Assembly (NCBI RefSeq): GCF_963921235.1
Contig: NC_086097.1
Span: forward strand, 98,272,001-98,336,000
Direction of reading: 5' to 3'
DNA: 64,000 nucleotides
Source of the DNA: Mobula hypostoma
Lineage: Eukaryota
Shown here: positions 25,675 through 39,049 of the stretch, one piece after another
Layout: every line of letters begins with the position of its first letter
Numbering within the stretch: the first letter of the stretch is position 1
Made by a program: the position numbers and the translations under genes
The notes under the pieces: generated by a model
Told to the model about the DNA's origin: nothing
The model's input: the letters and a program-made list of their open reading frames with translations, nothing else
Databases searched by the model: none

Positions 25675-27147
25675 GTACGAAATGATACCATACATTACTC
25701 TGAGATTCATTTTCTCAGTTAACTGAGATTTGGTTTCTTAGGTAGTTAAATAGTTACTCTTAATTGCCACTAGTGTGCAGATGAGTGGTTGAATTGGGGG
25801 GGGGGGTGTAAATGATCCGAATATAGTGGGGAATAAATGGTGCAGGATTAGTGGAAATGAGTACTTGATGGTAGGCACAGATTTGGTAGGTCAAAGAGCC
25901 TGCTTGTGTGCTGTGGCTCTATAAACAACCATTCTTAATTCAGAAGGAGTTCGTCAATTGTACAATATCTGTATATGTACGGCTGAAACATCTTGAAAGC
26001 CCAATGGCTGGTAATTCTTTTGCTCAGTGCATGAATTCCTGATTGCCATGAGCATCTGTAAACTAAGGCTATACAAGTGATCTAAGGGGAAGAAAAGTAA
26101 AACTCCAGTGAGGGAGGGAACCAGGGCCCCAGCAAGTGGGAAGGCACAGTATACGGCAAACACCACCTAGTGGGCCTGACGCAGAAACATTGGGATTTTC
26201 AAACAGTCAGACAGCGCATGATCAGAGTTCTACTTTAGCTTGTGTTTTCTTTCAGGTATATTAAAACAAAGAGGAAAAGTGATCAATGATGAAACCTATT
26301 TAATATTTGATCAAGTTAGTCCAAGATTAGCTTTATTGACAGAATTAGTTACAAATTTTGAGCAAATAAACAGAAATGTAAGCTTATTTTTCTGATAGGA
26401 TGGGAAATCGATGGAATCAATTATCAGTGTTAGCTGTGCATTGGGAAGTCTTAATGGGTTTTCAAGTAATCAGCTTGACTTTCAAAGTGAAGGCAGAGTT
26501 ACAAGATATATTCTCAGAGAAAACACCATGGATAGGCCAGAGAGATGAAAAGAAAATTAAATAGATATACACATAAATTCTGACAGATTTTGCCAAAAAA
26601 CATTTAACAGCCTCAACCAGTTGACCTCTTAGCTCACTGTAGTATTGCATAGGTTAGTGTAGAAAATATGAAATGCTGCCTGATAACCATTGATCTTAAG
26701 CCCATTGATTTCAGCAATACAGAGGTGAAAATGGTCAAGGCAGTAAAGCAAATAACAGCCAGTATTATTAGGCATGATCACCATCTTAAGACTCCAACTG
26801 GAAAGTATGCAGGTAGCATAAACAACAAATCATGCTTAACCCTGATATATTTCAAAGTTAAGCAAGCACCTATATGCTTACCTTCAAGGTTGAAAATTAA
26901 TAAAGAATGGTGTTCTGACCAAGATGCCCGAATAATGAATGTTCCTTAGTATAGCAAAACTCCAAGGGAGGTTTGTACTCTGGAAAAGACAAACTTTTCC
27001 AGATTCTTCTAATTAGTACAAATAACAGTGTAGACCACCTTCAACATAATCAGTGCTGAACGTAGCACAACCACTTCATATTCAATTAGATTTAACATCT
27101 CCTTGTTTTCAAAAGGAAAATCAATAATATTGTATGAATGAACTTAC

Positions 27148-27227
27148 TGCTGGACCAAATTTCTGATGTAACTGGTCAATGACAATGATTTCCAAATCAT
27201 CATGTTCCAAATATTTAAATTCCAAAT
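27148..27227 (-). CDS. EXD1: EXD1 internal coding exon (80 nt)
   Basis: tttctttcag|...|gtaagt. Translates LEFKYLEHDDLEIIVIDQLHQKFGPA, similar to EXD1 YTVINQFQQKFGAA. Confidence 0.9.
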
Positions 27228-28149
27228 CTGAAAGAAATCAACATTTATTGCAAATGTGCACATAACAAAGCTGAACTTGTAAATATGCATGAAGGGATGT
27301 TCTGAGATGTACCAACACTTATCTATAGAGAGAAAGGATGTAACTGTCAAGTTTTTATATCTTTTATATCATTATTTTTCAACCAAAGCACAGTTATTGA
27401 AAGCTACAAACTCTAAATTAGGGAAAACTGTTATATCATCAACCAATTTGATCCACAGAGTTAGCCAATCCAGAACAACCTGATTAAAGAGCACCACTAT
27501 TTATTTCTATCGAATAACAATGTATATTCAACAAAATTCACACATTCCCAAATGACTTCATAGACTGTCCTAGATTATTTGACACATCTCATTTGTACTA
27601 ATGTTTTTCTTCTCACAAATCACCCAGTTTATTCTTGATCTCTTACCTTCAACCCTCTTCATTTTAACACCTTTTTTGGAAATTGTCCTTCAGTTTGGCT
27701 TTTTGGTCCATAGTCCTCTATGACACAGGAGGTTAGGCATCCCATCAAGTTCATGCCAGATCACAAAACAATCCCATTCTCCTACTAATTGTCCTTGTAT
27801 GTTATTCTCTCCATATTCCCATCAATTCTCCCCAGCTTCCAATATTGACATACATATTAGAGCCAATTTAACCTTCCAATATGTACACCTTTGGGATGAG
27901 GGAGGAAAATGGAGTTGATAGAGGAAGCCCACATGGTGATAGATAGAAAGCATGAACTCCACAGAGACAACACGAGAAGTCAGGATTGAATGCATGTCAC
28001 CAGCACCCTGAGCCAGCAACTCTTACTACGCCAATATTCCATACTTCTTACCAAATTGCCACTGCATTGGAAACAATATTCCACTATAGTAAAGCTAAGT
28101 GGATATTTCATTGTTCAGGACCCCTGATGGTTCAACATCTCGCACACCA

Positions 28150-28430
28150 GGTTTGTTTCCTTACGCTCTCTTTAAATGAACTTGGGCCCCAATTACCACA
28201 CTCCCTTTAAACACACCGCGGCTCTGTTTCCCACACTATTTTAAGCCATGCTGCTTTCCAACTGATGTTATACTCATTGGTTCCCCCACTTCTCACACTT
28301 CCTTTGAATTAATGTGCATTTCTTTGAAGACACCACAGCACTGTTTCCAGGACTCCTTTTAAACTCACTAGTGCCACAGTTTTCACACTCTCTTTAACCC
28401 ACTGGGGTCCTGTTCTGCAAACTCCCTTGG
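28150..28430. repeat. Degenerate minisatellite, ~34-bp period
   Basis: Recurring (ttt)cccacactc(t/c)ctttaaac(a/t)cac..gg..c(c/t)ctg units. Confidence 0.55.
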
Positions 28431-29274
28431 TTTCATTTCTGGTAGCCTCTATAAAGTCACATGTTTACTATAGAAGTTATACTATAGTGTAACATCTGAA
28501 AAAAATATTGGAGTATTAAAAGGAATTATGTCTATAGTCTGGATAATCTGTTAGACCGACACCAAAGGTTTCAAATTATTGAGTTTTACTGTACTCCAAC
28601 ATAAAATTAACCCTTCTCTTCAGGTTAACACTAAAACTTTCATTTTTCAAGTTGCTTACTATCTAATTTTGTATTTTTACCAACATCCCAATGAAACCAC
28701 TGTGTACTTATCATGGAGGTACAAAAAGTTTACAAAATATTCCATTGACAGCCCAAGGTCTTGAAAACCAAAGTTCAAAGTAAATTTATTATCAGTTGCC
28801 ATATACAATCCTGAGATTCATTTCCTTGCACACATACTCAATAAATCTGTAGAATAACCATAACAGAATCAATGAAAGACCACACCAACAGGCAACATTA
28901 TATTGTTGCCTTTTTAATTCTAGATAAGAACTTTTATAATAATCTAAAGGCACTATTACTTTAATCATCTGACTAGTTACACAAATGCTTTCTGCATCTC
29001 TGCTCCATTTGACATTTTATTTAAATACTATTTCCCAATTTTCACCTTTAAAACACTATTACAAAGTATAACTGCTGCTTAGTTATGTGGCTTGTCACTT
29101 GACTCATCCCCTCTATGCTTTCACACCTTATTTGACATTCTTTTTAACAGTAACAAATTTTCATGTTCCTACAATTTCTAAATGCAGATTTTTTATGCCT
29201 AACAAAACACTTCTTCAATGAATGGAAGGTTCCAAAGGAAGAGATTGCAGTAGAAAATGAGTCATCTGAGGTAC

Positions 29275-29339
29275 CTGGGAAATGTTTCTCTCCAAGTGCC
29301 TCCCCCGGAGCTGTATCTTTCCGTTTGCCCTTTTCATCA
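29275..29339 (-). CDS. EXD1: EXD1 probable linker exon (donor site uncertain)
   Basis: Acceptor ttctttatatttttactgaag at 29340-29341. Phase-2 start gives (N)DEKGKRKDTAPGEALGEKHFP(D). CAG|gtacct is a phase-1 donor that fits the next exon; alternative in-phase donors at 29209 and 29173. Sequence conservation is low. Confidence 0.6.
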
Positions 29340-29853
29340 CTTCAGTAAAAATATAAAGAAAAATAGCTGATATTAAGAAGTGATTCCTCTTTTGTTTTCT
29401 TCAAATAACATTCGAGGACATGCAATACCAATTACATATCTATTCTCATTTCACTTAGGAAGAAAATAATAAAACCTGAAAATGGGAATTCACTGTCACA
29501 TGCCTTTGTAGCTTTGATAAATCTTTTATTGTAACTGAATTGCCTAACTCTGTCACATAAATGAAAAAGACAAGCTCAGGCCTGGTTACAAATGGGGAGT
29601 CATTTAATTTTGGATAGCTAGCATGAGCCACTGGTTCCTGTGAAGACAAAGGAGATTTGGAAATGCCATGAACGTCTGGATTGTTTTTTAAACGGCTTGT
29701 TTTGGGGTGGAATAAATAAAAAAAAATAATGAGGTTTTTTTGCATGTTGTTGGTGTGGATTTGAATCTACAACCCCCTCACATCCTGCCAAATAGATTCA
29801 CCTGCTTTAACTCAGGCGCAGTCATAGTCTGGAAACCTAAAGTAGGCCATTCA

Positions 29854-30069
29854 CAAACGAGAAAATCTGCAGATGCTGGGAAGGAAATCCGAGCAACACA
29901 CACACAATGCTGGAGGAACTCAGCAGGACAGGCAGCATCTATGGAAAAGAGTATAGTCAACGGTTCAGGCTGAGACCCTTCAGCAAGACTGTACTAAAGG
30001 GTCTTGGCCCAAAATGTCCACTGTACTCTTTTTCCATAGATGCCTGCTGAGTTCCTCCAGCATTGTATG
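29854..30069. mobile_element. Penelope pLTR-derived hairpin insertion with two decayed, inverted hammerhead motifs
   Basis: Inverted arms (..AATGCTGGAGGAACTCAGCAGG..CATCTATGGAAAA / TTTTCCATAGATG..CCTGCTGAGTTCCTCCAGCATT). 13-bp TSD AGTAGG(C/T)CATTCA at 29841-29853 and 30070-30082. Confidence 0.8.
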
Positions 30070-30789
30070 AGTAGGTCATTCAGCCTTTCAAGCTTGGTCT
30101 GGCATTCTAAGAGTTCAAAGGTAATTTTAAGTCAGTTGTCCGGTCTTTACTCTATACTCTGAAACCTCAACCAATGAAAACCTAAGAGAAAACTAGCTAT
30201 AGGTTGGTGGTGCTAAAATTGAACACGAGCATGGGTTCCTTGTTATTCAATTCCTCACATTTAACATGAGTAATCATAGACAAAGTTTAGACTCCACATT
30301 TCATCCCTAAAAGCTCCTCCATCTTATGTGTGAATGTTTTTTTAGATTTCTTACTTCAATAGCCTAGTGTTAGGTTTATAATAACACCCCTTTGTGCTGA
30401 AGTCCACCAGCAGAAGGGTCCTGTAGCCCTAATACACACAAATAGAATCAGTATAGATAGGAAAATGATGGGCTAAAAGGCCCATTTCTGTGATGCTGAA
30501 CTCCATTTTTGAACACCTTCGTCAGATCATTCTTCTAAACTTAAAGCTAGCACAATTTGTCTTTGTAAATTAAAGTCAGTTGTCACTGTGAACCTTACAC
30601 TTTGTTTGAAAGCTGATATACCCCTCAAGAATCTCAATTACCAACACACACATTACTATTGGTAAATCCAAACACTGGAGAACTAAATGACTCACTCCCG
30701 TTTGCTTGCCCCTAAGATAAAGACCAACATGCCATTGGTTTCTTAGATGACCCATTTATGTGATGTGGGCATCACTTGAGAAGATAGTG

Positions 30790-31350
30790 TTGATAAGAAA
30801 AAAAAGGAGGTGGTCATCTGGCCTGTCGAGCCTGTTTCACCATTCAATTATCTCACGGCTGATCTAGCTGTGATTACAGCAGTTCCATCTACCTGCCTTT
30901 TCCTCAGAACTCTAAACTTCCTATTATGCAAAAAATACATCTGTGTCTTAAATACACTTAATGAGGTAGCCTCTACTGCTTCCTTAGGCAGAAAATTCCA
31001 CAGGTTCATGTCTCTCTGTCCTAAATCTATTCCTCCGAATTTTGATGCAAATTTCAGTTCTGGTCTCACTTACTGGCGTAACAACCTTCCTGCCTCCATC
31101 TTATTTATCCCTTTCAAAATTTTGTGTTTCTTCTCTCTCATTTCCCTGAATTCCAGTGAGAATAGTCTCAGGTAAATCAATCTCTCCTCATAGACTAACC
31201 CCATCGCCACAATCAACCCTGTGAACTTTCTCTGCACTGCCTCCAAAACCAGTATATCCTTCCTGAAGTAAGGAGATCGGAATTGCATACAGTGCTCTAG
31301 CCGTGGCCTCAGTAATACCTCGCGCAGTTGCAGCACCATCCCCTTGTTCA
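30790..31350 (-). mobile_element. CR1 LINE 3' fragment
   Basis: LLRPRLEHCMQFRSPYFRKDILVLEAVQRKFT and NLWNFLPKEAVEATSL motifs. Confidence 0.85.
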
Positions 31351-31451
31351 CCATTTTTAGGCATTCTTACAGTCAAACACCCAGAGGACTCTCTGTTGCT
31401 CAGTATTGGAAAGGGCTTGACCATTTATTATGGATGTCCCAACCTTAATAA

Positions 31452-31708
31452 AAACCTGGCTGGTGGCGCAGTGACATCAGTGCCGGACTCCAGAGCGAAA
31501 GTTCCTGAGTTCGAATCCAGTCAGGCCACCTCCAGGCACGCTTTCCATCCATGCCGGGTTGAGTGTCGAGCTCACAACTCGGCCTTGTAAAAAAAAAACT
31601 GCGCTGTGAGAAGGACGTGGGTGACCACTCACAGGATCTTTCCTCCAAGACAATCACTTGAAAAAGTGGTCGCCGAGGCTCTGGCAGAGTATGGTACACA
31701 AAAAAACC
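31452..31708 (+). mobile_element. tRNA-derived SINE with TSD
   Basis: A-box TGGCGCAGTGA, B-box GAGTTCGAATCC, A-rich tail, and 9-bp TSD CCTTAATAA (31443-31451 and 31709-31717). Confidence 0.75.
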
Positions 31709-32894
31709 CCTTAATAATGGTCCGAAATATGTCAATAGGTACATTTAATGTTAGGGAAATGTAAACAATATACATCCTGAAATTCTTTTTCTTTGCAAAC
31801 ATCCACAAAAACAGAGAAGTGTCCCAAAGAATGAATGACAGTTAAATGTTAGAACCCTAAAGCCCCCAACTCCCCCCTCCAGTGCATAAACAGCAGCAAG
31901 GCAACAAACCACCCCCTCCCCCACAAGCAAAAAAAACATTGGCGCTCCCCACTCAACACTCAAGTGTGCAGCAAAACATCAATAAATTTCACAGTAAGAG
32001 GGGAGACATAACAAGCAATTCGCCGATTTTTATGATGTTAAAAGTCTGTTGCATCGCTTCTTCCGAGCTGTGCCCAAAGAACTCGGGTTCCTGGGCACAC
32101 AGCCAGCTCGCTGCTTCCGATCTTCTGTGTACTTCCATGACACATCAGGCGGAAGCACCACCCTTGAATCAGCCCCTCTCCACAGCCAGGAAAATCTGGC
32201 ATCCTGAAGGGTGCTGGTCTTCCAGGCCACACCTCACACTATCAGGATTAAATTCCACCTACCTTTCATTGCCTGCCTATCTTACCAACCAATCAATATT
32301 GCCTGATAGTGTACAACTATTTTGCACACTAACACCACCTCCAGTTTTCATGCCAACTGCAAACTTACTCGTCACATCTCTTACATTCATATCCAAGTTA
32401 TTAACATATATAACAAACAATATGGGTCCCACCATTGATTACTGTGGCACACCACTTGTCACAGACTTCTAATAATAAATCCTTTACCATCACCCTCTGT
32501 AACCTCACTGTCATCCCATGGGCTCCAAAACTTGCACTATTGTCCTATCTGGGATCTTGATAAAGGTCCAACTTAAGTCTCTAACCACACAGACCATATT
32601 CATATATTGTTATTTCTTTGAAAATTTCAATAGTCAGTCAACTGCCGAAAAAAACATGACATCTTTCAAAAGATAAAATTAATTCTGCCCTTGAGAATAC
32701 TTTCCCTGAACTTTGCTACCATTAGACTCACAAGTCTGTCATGACCTGGCTCATCCCTGTTGCTTTTTTTTGAATAAGGATACCATATTTGTTGCCCTCT
32801 AGTCATTTGGCACTTCATCCACAGCCAACATTGGTTTGAAAATCTTTGTCAAGACCTCAGCAATCTTCACCCTTGTATTCCCCAGCTGCCTGGC

Positions 32895-33307
32895 TGTCAA
32901 AACATGCCATCAAGTTTGTGGATGACACAACAGTGGTTGGCCTCATTAAAAATGACACGAGATGGAATACAGAGAGGAAGTGGAGAGGCTGCTGGATTGG
33001 TATGAGAAGAACAACCCAAGCTTGAACATGGAGAAGGTGGACTTAGGAAGGTGCAGACGAACCATCCTTCTCTGTGAATACATGGCTCCTGCGGAGAGAG
33101 AGTTAAGTGCACCAAGTTCCTGGGAGTTCACATCACAGATGACCTCATCTGGTCCCTTAATATCACCTCCCAGAACAAGGTGGCACAGCAACACTTCCAC
33201 TTCTTAAGATTGAGGTAAGCAAAGCTCCTCCCATCCCAATATCTTAACTGTGTTTTACAAAAGCACCATTCAGAATGCTTTGACAACTTGCATATTTATC
33301 TGGTATA
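32895..33307 (+). mobile_element. Rex1/Babar RT fragment, resuming at ~38058-38580 after a CR1 insertion
   Basis: IKFVDDTTVVGLI and EYREEVERLLDWYEKNNPSLN. It breaks at the CI(F)IWY motif and resumes WYRSSQASDHKSLQR at ~38060. Confidence 0.8.
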
Positions 33308-35863
33308 TCCATTGACCAATCTGGAAGTTTTGAGAGGAGGGATCTTCAATCAGGTCCACTGCCTGAAGGTAAAAGGCAGCAGCAGGTCAGTACAGTGAAA
33401 AACAAGTGTTGACCAGTGACCAATCAGCATTTGGGATTGATTACCAAAAGCAAATTAAACGAAGGCAGGGGCAAGTGCAACGGCCATTGTTGGAGAGGAC
33501 AGAGTCAGAGTGATCATCTTGAGGCTTCATCGAACTACAACTACAAGAAATATATGTAGCTGCAGCTTCCAACAAATTGTGTTAAGGAGTTGGAGCTGGA
33601 ACTAGATGAACTCGGGATCATTCGGGAGTGTGAGGGGGTGATATATAGAACATATGGTGAGGTAGTTACACCGAAGGAGCAGGACACAGGAAATTGTGTG
33701 ACCATCAGGAAAGCGGTTTAGAAGCCAGGAAAGAGTACCCCCGTGGTCACCCCTCTCAACAACAGGTAGATCACTTTGGATACTGTCGGGGGTGGGGGTT
33801 GCGGGGTGAAGAGAGATTGGGGGGTGAAGAGAGACAGAGAGACAGAGAATGAATGACCCAAAGTCACAATGGTCGAGTCTCTGGCACTGCAATTGCCTTT
33901 GCGACTTATAAGGGTAGTGGGGTGGGGGGAGAGAAGAACAAAGAGAGAGGGGGCACACTGTGGTGATAGGGTATTTGTTAGTTAGGGGAATGGACAGGAG
34001 GTTCTGTGGGAGAGAACAAGATTCTCGGATGGCATGTTGCCTCCTGGGTGCCAGGGTTTGGGATATCTCGGATCGAGTCCTCAGTTTTCTTAAGTGGGAA
34101 GGTGAACAGCCAGAAGTCATGGTCCATGCAGGTATCAATGACACAGGTAGGATGAGTAACGAGATTCTGCAAAGTGAGTTCAGGGAGTTGGGTGCTAAGT
34201 TAAAAGTTTAGGACCTCCAGGGTTGTGATCTCAGGAATACTATCCATACCACTTGCTAGTGAAGCCAGAACGAGGAAAATTATACAGTTTCAATATGTGA
34301 TTAAGAAGTTGGTGTAGGCGGGAGGGCATAAGAATTTTGGATCATTGAGCTCTCCTCCGGGGAAGCTGGGACCTATACAGAAGGGACAGCTTGCACCTGA
34401 ACTGGAGGAGGACTAATATCCTAGCGGAAGGTTTGCTAATGCTGCACGACGGGGTTTAACCTGGAGTTGCAGGGGATGGGAACCAGAGTGCCAGAACAGT
34501 TAGTGGAGAGGTTATGGTGGCAGATGTTGGTAAGACCTCAGACAAAATTAGGAATGAGAAGGTTGAGCCTGGGTGCAACTAGTGTCCTGAGTTTACTATA
34601 TTTCAATGCAAGCATCATCGTAGGAAAGGTGGATAATAGCACTAAAGATGGAGCAGCTGGTTTAGAGGCAACGTGTAGTGAGGGGAAGCTGTTGATACAG
34701 CAAATTACAGTCAACAGGATGAGTTGCAACTTAAAAGACAGACAAAATCAAAAAGGGTGAATACAGGAATGTTTCAAATTGTGCAATATACAGAATAATG
34801 TAGATGAACTTGCAGCGCAGTTGCAGATATGATGTAGTAAGCATCACTGAATCATAGGTGAAATATTGCAGCTGTAAGCTTAATGTCCAAGGATACACAT
34901 GGTATCAAAAAGGACCAACAGGAAGGCAGAAGGGGTGGTGTTACTCTGTTGACAAAAAATGAAATCAAATCATCAGAAAGGGGTGACATAGGGTTGGAAG
35001 GTGTTGAATCACTGTGGCTAGAGTGAAGGAACTGCAAGGGTTAAAAAAAAAACCCTGTTGGGAGTTGGAAACAGACCCCCAAACAGTAGAAAGGATGTGG
35101 TCTACAAATTACAATGGGAAGTAGAAAATGCATGCCTAAAGGGTAATGTTACAATCGTCATGGGGGATTTCAATATGCAAGGAGATTGGGAAAATCAGGT
35201 TCGTGCTGGATTCCAGCAGGGGGAATTTCTAGAGTGCCTATGAGATGGCTTTTTAGAGCAGCTCACGATTGACCCCACCAGAGGATCAGCTATTCTGGAT
35301 GGGGTGATACGCAATGAACCAGAATTGATTAGAAAACTAAAGATTGAATTCACTCTGAATTTTGAGGAGAGGCTAAAGTCAGATGTATCAGTATTACAGT
35401 GGAGTAAAGGGAATTACAAAGGCATGAGAGAGGAGTTGGCCAGAATTGACTGGAAGAGAACACTGGCAAGGATGATGGCAGAGCAGCAATGGCTGGAATT
35501 TCTGGAAGCAATTTTGAAGGCACAGGATATATACATCCCAAAGATGGAAGAGGTATTCTGAAGGAAAGATGACACAAAAGTCATCAAAGCCAACATAAAA
35601 GCCAAAAAGGGCAATGATAGAACAAAAATTAGTGGGAAGTTAGAGGATTGGGAAGCTTTTAAAAACCAACAGGAGGAAACAAGAAGTCATTAAGGGAAAG
35701 GTGGAATATGAAAATAAGCGAGTCAATAATATTAAAGAAATTACCAAAAGTTTCTTCAGAAACAAAGTGTAAAAGAGGTAAGAGAGGATATTAGACTGCT
35801 GGAAAATGATGGTTTAGATGTAGTAATAGGGGACAACTTAATGGCGGATGAACTGATTAAGTA

Positions 35864-36381
35864 CAGGTTTCCCCTGCTATCCGAAGGTAGAGCGTTCCTA
35901 TGAAACCGTTCGTAAACTAAAATGGCGTAAAGCACAGAAGCAATTACCATTAATTTATATGGGGAAAATTTTTGAGCGTTTCCAGACCCAAAAAAATAAT
36001 CTACCAAATCATACCAAACAACACATAAAACCTAAAATAACACTAACATATAGTAAAAGCAGGAATGATATGATAAATACACAGCCTATATAAAATAGAA
36101 ATAATGTATGTACAGTGTAGTTTCACTTACCAGAATCCAGAAGACTGAGCCAAAACTGATTTGTAGAAAAAACTGGCACGTACACACATGCACACACACC
36201 TGTCCGCGCAAGGCTTTATGACCATGGTAGTCTTTCTCGGGGTAAACACAAGTTTAAAGCAGGCGCCTTTTTTCAAAAAAGCGAAAATCCTCTTTCGGTT
36301 AGCGCAAACAGGTACTAATATAGGTCTTTCGTAAAAGTGAAATGTCACAAAGCGAACGTTTGGAAAGCGGGAGGACACCTG
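35864..36381. mobile_element. Tigger/pogo-derived MITE (518 bp)
   Basis: TA|CAGGTTTCCCCTGCTATCCGAA...TTTGGAAAGCGGGAGGACACCTG|TA. TA TSD interrupts CR1 ORF2 at ELIKY|FASIF. Same ends as the element at 58859-60471. Confidence 0.9.
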
Positions 36382-37261
36382 TATTTTGCATCAATCTTCA
36401 CTGTGGAAGACAATAGCAGTATGATGGAAGTGCCAGGTGTCGGGGCATTAAGTGTGTGAAGTTACCATTACTAGAGAGAAGGTTCTTGGGAAACTGAAAG
36501 ACCTGAAGGTAGATAAGTCACCTGAACCAGATAGTGTCCACCCTAGAGTTCTGAAAGAGGTGACTGAAGAGATCGTGAAGGCATTAGTAATGATCTTTCA
36601 AGAATCACTAAATTCTGGAATGGTTCAAAAAGACTGGAAAATTGCAAACGTCACTCCACTCACTCTTCAAGAAGGGAGAGGCAGAAGGAAACGAAACTAC
36701 AGGCAAGTTAGTTTGATCTCAATGGTTGGTAAGATGTTGAAGTTGATTACCAAGGATGAAGTCTCAGGGTACTTGGAGGCACATGATAAAATAGGCCATG
36801 GTTAGTATGGTTTCCTCAAGGGAAAATCTTGCCTGACCAACTTGCTAGAATTCTTTTAAGAAATAACAAGCAGGATAGACAATGGAGAATTGGTTGAAAT
36901 TGTGTACTTGGATTTTCAGAAGGCCTTTGACAAGGTACACATGAAGCTGCTAAACACGTTACGAGCCCAATGTATTAGAGGAAAGATTCTAGCATCAATA
37001 AAGCAGTAGCTAATTGGCAGAAGTCAAAGAGTGGGAATAAAGGGAGCCTTTTCTGGCTGGCTCCCAGTGACTCATGGTGTTCCATGGGTGGGGGTCTGTG
37101 TTGGACCAGATTCTTTTTTTGTTATATGTCATTGATTTGGATGATGGAATTGATGGCTTTGTTGCAAAGTTTGCAGATGGCAAGAGGATAAGTGGAGGAG
37201 CAGGTAGTTTTGAGGGAGTAGAGGGGCTACAGAAGGACTTCATAAGGAGAATGGGCAAATA

Positions 37262-37908
37262 AGCCACAGGAAAACTTCACTGCAGCAGGCCCTGGAAGGT
37301 TTGTGAAGGTAGAGGGTAAATTGAATGCAGCACAATGCAGGGAAATCCTGATGCAGTAAGAGAACTGTGACTTGGGAGATTTGTTTTCTAGCAAGACAAT
37401 AATCCCAAGCATTAAGGCAAAGCTACACAGGAATGGCTCAAAAACAACAAAGTTGATGTCCTGGAGTGGCCAAGTCAGAGTTCAGACCGCAATCCAATTG
37501 AGAATTTGTGGCTGGACTTGAAAAGGACTGTTCTCTCACAATCCCCATGCAATCTGACAGAACTTGAGCAGTTTTGGAAAGAATGGGGAAAAACTGCAGT
37601 GTCCAGATGTGCAAAGCTGATGAGACCTATCCACACAGACTCAAGGCTGTAATTGCTGCCAAAGGTGCTCCTACTAAATACTGACTTGAAGGGGGTGAAT
37701 ACTTATGCAATCAATTATTTTGTTTTATAATTGTAATTTAGATCACTTTGCAGAAATGTGTTTTCACTTTGACATGAAAGTCTTTTTCTGTTGATCAGTG
37801 TTAAAATAAGCCAAATTAAGTCCCACTGTGATTCAATACTGTAAAACAATAAACGTGAAAACTTCTGGGTGTGTGGGGGGGGGCAGTGAATACTTTTTAT
37901 TGGCACTG
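37262..37908 (+). mobile_element. Tc1 transposon 3' half (left end lost)
   Basis: Decayed F*QDNNPKH and [21 protein letters not shown] motifs; right TIR ends GGCACTG|TA. Confidence 0.85.
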
Positions 37909-39049
37909 TATATTGAAGGCAGAGGTTGACAGATTCCTGATTGGTCAGGGCATGAAGGGATATGGGGAAAAGTCAGGTGATTGGGGCAGAGGGGAAAATT
38001 GGATCAGGCACGATGAACTGTTGGAGCAGGCTCGATGCTCCTATATCTTGATAGTCTTATGGTACAGGAGCAGCCAAGCATCTGACCACAAATCCCTGCA
38101 AAGGACTGAGAACAGCTAAGAGGATCATAAGCATCTCCCTACCATCCGTTGGAACATTTATCAGAAGTGCTGCATATGCACGGCCCTTAATATTATTAGG
38201 GATCCCACCCATCCATCCAGCATCCTCTGACTTTCTATCATTAGGCAGGAGACTCTGATGCATAAAAACAGGAACAGTCAGGATGGGATAACATTTCTTC
38301 CCCCAGGCTTCTAGACTTCACGCCGTATCGTATTCGAAGTGTCACTGGTTAATCTGTTCTGTACCTTACAATGTTTAATATTAATGCACTTCAGTTTGTT
38401 ATTTATGCATGATTCATCTGTAGATTTTATCTTTACCTTCATTAGTTATCATGTGTAATGTGTGTTAAGAGTACTACTTCACATCCTGGTTCAGAGAAAC
38501 GTTTTCTAGTTCCTATGAACATTATATGATTACATATGACATATACATGTATATAGTCAAATGACAAACCTGACTTGAACACATCTCACATGCATAATCA
38601 GAAGATTAACCCCTTGCTTCCACCATTTCCGATTTAAAAGTCCAATTTCCAATCTGTTCTAATTTCTATTAATAAACCTGTCTGAATCTCACTGAATGCT
38701 CCAGTGACCTTTTAGGCAATATATTTCATCATTTATTCCTTATTTATCTTGCTAATGATTTCAATTAATCAGATGTGACGTCCTTAAAGCTCTGATGGGC
38801 GATGTGCTCAACTGTCTCTTACTAAACTGTCTAGTAACAGGCCACAAGAAATGTTACACTAATAGACCAAGTTATCAATAACAGAAAATGCTTAAACACT
38901 GAATGGGTCACATGGCATTTGCAGAAACAAAAACACAAGTTAATGGTTCAGGTCAAAGATCCTTCTGGATAACAGATTTCTATTTACTTAGCTTCACTTT
39001 CACCCCCTCAATGTGATGGTTGCATTTTAAGCAGTACGTGATACAATTT

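Larger units (their letters stand above)
33308..38057 (+). mobile_element. Near full-length decayed CR1 LINE (ORF1 and ORF2) hosting a Tigger MITE and a Tc1 fragment
   Basis: ORF1 VMVHAGINDTGR..FRELGAKLK; endonuclease VMGDFNM; RT-region DKSPEPDSVHPRVLKEV and KFADGKRI; CR1 3' tail at 37911-38057. Confidence 0.9.

Noticed and set aside
28150..28430. Periodic ~34-bp repeats as a CRISPR-like array
   Set aside because: Degenerate tandem units without conserved repeats and unique spacers; vertebrate context with no cas genes.
31455..31530. Possible tRNA gene
   Set aside because: No convincing cloverleaf; it continues into a SINE body with tail and TSD.
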